DNA from: Camelus dromedarius
Lineage: Eukaryota
Assembly: GCF_036321535.1 (NCBI RefSeq)
Contig: NC_087437.1
Location: forward strand, 15,874,001-15,938,000
Reading direction: 5' to 3'
Length of the DNA stretch: 64,000 nucleotides
Below are positions 61,270 to 64,000 of this stretch, in pieces. Position 1 is the first letter of the stretch. Every line of letters starts with the position of its first letter. The translations under genes and the position numbers were made by a program. The notes beneath the pieces were generated by a model. The model made no database searches and was not told the DNA's origin. It saw nothing but the letters and a program-made list of their open reading frames with translations.

Positions 61270-61812
61270 TCTATGCAAAACTCTTTAAGTGTCTCTACTA
61301 CTTCAGGATAAAATCTGGTGCACCCCATCCCCCCTTAGCACCAGGGCATTTCATAATTTGGCCCCTAACTTATCTCCAGAACTATCTCTTATGGCCTCAC
61401 CTTATGCTTGTGGCCAAACAGTGCCCAGGGGTTCCCAGAGTTGAGTCTGGTTTTCAGTGTTACTCACACACCCTTTCCTCTTCCTGGATTTCCTTTCTCT
61501 GCCTCTTAGATTTGTTCTGCTCAGGTCTGCTCACATGGCTCCCGCTTACTGAGCCTTCCCTGTCTCCCCGACAAAGGCTTGTCAGCAGCCCTTGCTTCTG
61601 TGCCCCGAGTGCTTTGTAAACATCAACCCTGGTGGCCTGCATCACAGGGTACCAGCAGCGTCTTCTCTCTCCCAGTCCTCCCGCGAGATTGTGAGCTCCC
61701 TGTGGGCAGGACAGCCTCCAGGTCACTTCTGTGGCTCCTCATTCAGCCCAGAGCAGGTGTTACAAGGACTCATTGTGCACGTGTTGAATGAGTGAATGAA
61801 TGAATGAATGGA
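61270..61812 (+). mobile_element. L2 3' end with (TGAA)n tail
   Basis: gattgtgagctccctgtgggcagg…gttgaatgagtgaatgaatgaatgaatg. Confidence 0.75.
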
Positions 61813-62358
61813 AGAGTGGCGTGGGAACCACTCAGTGATGTGCGGGGTGTTGGATGCTGCTGCCCTCTGGCTTCAGAGGAGTAAAATAGAGCCAGTCTTC
61901 TTCAGTTTCCTCTCCTACCACGCTGATCCCCTGAAGGGCAGGGCTGGGGCCTTGGTCCTGGGATCTGAAAGCTAGACAGACACTCAGGATTTCTGGCCCT
62001 GTGATGTACCTTGTCAAAGCCCCCAGGGAAACAGAATCAGGCTGTTGGAGGATCTTTCCTTAGGGAAATAAATATTCTCAACTTATATTTAGAATGGTAC
62101 AGTATCTTCTACATTATGGTTTGACTGACAGAAGAAGTGTGTTTAAGGTATTTTTAACCTGGAATCTTAAGAAGATGAAATCTAGTGATTAGATCTTTGA
62201 AAGCTATTGTGTAATTTAAAAACTCTGGTAAAGGAGTATGTTAAAATGAAGAAAGAAAAAAAAATAGGCAACCAGATTGATGTGTTTCAGTTCTCTCTGT
62301 AACTTTAGAATTTTTTGTTCCAGAGGAATCCATTGTCTTCAGAAAGTGGCAACCAACA

Positions 62359-62359
<1 letters not shown>

Positions 62360-62398
<39 letters not shown>
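62360..62398. repeat. (TG)n microsatellite
   Basis: About 19 perfect TG units. Confidence 0.96.
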
Positions 62399-62400
<2 letters not shown>

Positions 62401-62746
62401 CTCATACCATTCTTTATAAATAGCTCAAGATTATGTTCTTCGCCTCAAGACAAGAAAACATTTTAGAACAGGCCTTTTTCACTCTGTTGACAGAGACGGG
62501 GGGGCTTGTAAGGAAGTTATTACTGTGATCAGCATTATTCCTGTTTTGTAGAAGGAAAAAAATTGCAAAGGAAAGTGTTTAAATGACCAGCCCAAGACCA
62601 TTCAGTCAGTGCGTGGTTATAGATGGTGTTTGAGCCCAGACTCTCTTCCCCGAAATCATATATTTTTATGGTTATTTTGATGTCTGAATGCAGAAGCTGT
62701 TTTTGTTATCCCCATGTTGCACTGTGGGGACCTTGGTGGGTAGAGC

Positions 62747-63315
62747 TGTGTGCTGCTTACCTCTTGCTGCGTAACACACACCTCCACAGAGGCATAAACC
62801 ACTTTTATTACTCGCAGATTCTCTGGAGCAGGTGTTTGGACAGGGCACAGCAGGGATGGGTTGCCTCTGCTCCACCGTGGCTGGGGCCTCAGCTGGGAGA
62901 CTTGATTGGCTGGGAGGTGGAACCTTCTGGAGGCTTCTTCACTCACGTGTCTGGCACCTGGGTTGGGATGACTAAAAGGGAAAGCTCAGCTGAGAGTTCT
63001 AGAACTGGACTGGAGCCCTTTCAGGTGCCTTCTCCACGTGGCCTGGGCTTCCTCATAGCATGGCTGCCTCAGGGCAGTTAGACTTTTTACAAGATGGTTC
63101 AGGGTCCTTAGAGAGGGTGTTTGAGTAGAGAAGGCAGAAGTTACTTGGCTTTTATGACCTTGTCTCCGAAGTCACACATCATCACTTCTGTTCTACCCAC
63201 TGGTCAGAGAAGTCACAAGCTCACTCAGATTCAACAGGAGGGGACATAGGTCCCAATAGATCCCTCGATGAGAGGGGTATCAAAAATTCACAGCCATATG
63301 TTTAAAACCACAACA
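62747..63315 (-). mobile_element. MaLR solo LTR (MLT1H-like)
   Basis: Reverse complement starts tgttgtggttttaaacatatggctgtgaatttttgatacccc…ctatgtcccctcctgttgaatctgag; the other end reads ttgctgcgtaaca. Confidence 0.8.
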
Positions 63316-64000
63316 GATGATTTCTCTTCTAACTAGATTGAGCCGGGTTCTGTGTCATCTGGAAGAAAGGGGATGAGGAAGATAGCCTCTGGAAAGACTT
63401 GTTAGCAGTGGAATTTGGTAATGCCTTGGATTTCTCCAGCCACATGAGGAGAAAGGCCTTCTGGGTCATCCTATTTACTTCTCCTGGGCAGGACCAGGTC
63501 AGAGAAGAGGTGGCCCTTGTCACACTCTGCTGGGATGAACACTCAGTGCGTATCAGGTGGATCACTGGACATGACACTAGGCCAGTGGCTTAAGTGCTGT
63601 GTGGTTTGAGGTTCTCTGCCCACTGATCCTAAGCCAAGCACTGTGGCACATTGGAGGGAAGATATTTCATCTGGCGTAATCCTGCTGAGTAAAGGGATTG
63701 AGAACCTCTCTGAGAGAGGAACAGACAAAGACATGGTTTCCTAGGAATTCTAAGCACTTTATCCATGAGCTCCAAGAGTTCCCCTCCTTCAAGGCTGGAT
63801 CAAGGAGATAAGCATAGGACCAGCAGGACACTGGACCTCACAGGGTCATCCTTGTCCTACCAAGGCATTGCTGACACATTAGGGTCTTCTGGGATACGTG
63901 TTGACCAACTGCTTCATTCTTGGTAGTTAAAGGTGGCTCCAAATGAGCTTTCTTACTTCATTTCCCACATGGTGGTTCCCCTCACCAGCCCTCTAGCCAC

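Noticed and set aside
1..64000. A novel multi-gene system or foreign/prokaryotic insert
   Set aside because: All recognisable content is explained by two EPHB1 exons, mammalian repeats and intronic sequence; I found no compositional break, operon or additional credible coding region.

Overview
This is mammalian genomic DNA, most likely from a camelid: it carries Vic-1-type tRNA SINEs, and I saw no Alu, Bov-A/tA, PRE-1 or Can-SINE. The window lies inside the EPHB1 (ephrin type-B receptor 1) gene on the + strand. It holds the end of intron 1, coding exon 2 (13273-13337, 65 nt, missed by the ORF track), intron 2 (22,804 nt), coding exon 3 (36142-36823, 682 nt; ligand-binding domain plus start of the Cys-rich region) and the start of intron 3. 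The rest is intronic: old L1M, L2, MIR, MLT1 and hAT relics, lineage-young L1 and SINE insertions (several with visible target-site duplications, TSDs), a MER41-like ERV1 LTR, an 18-bp minisatellite, microsatellites and AT-rich motif clusters that look like conserved enhancers. I see no credible new gene or novel biological system, and the many short ORFs are noise. The best leads are a frame-symmetric 747-nt exon 2-3 module that would give a stop-free circRNA, a SINE/L1-tail fusion, nested and inverted L1s, and candidate enhancers. Repeat subfamily names and boundaries come from memory of consensus sequences and are approximate.
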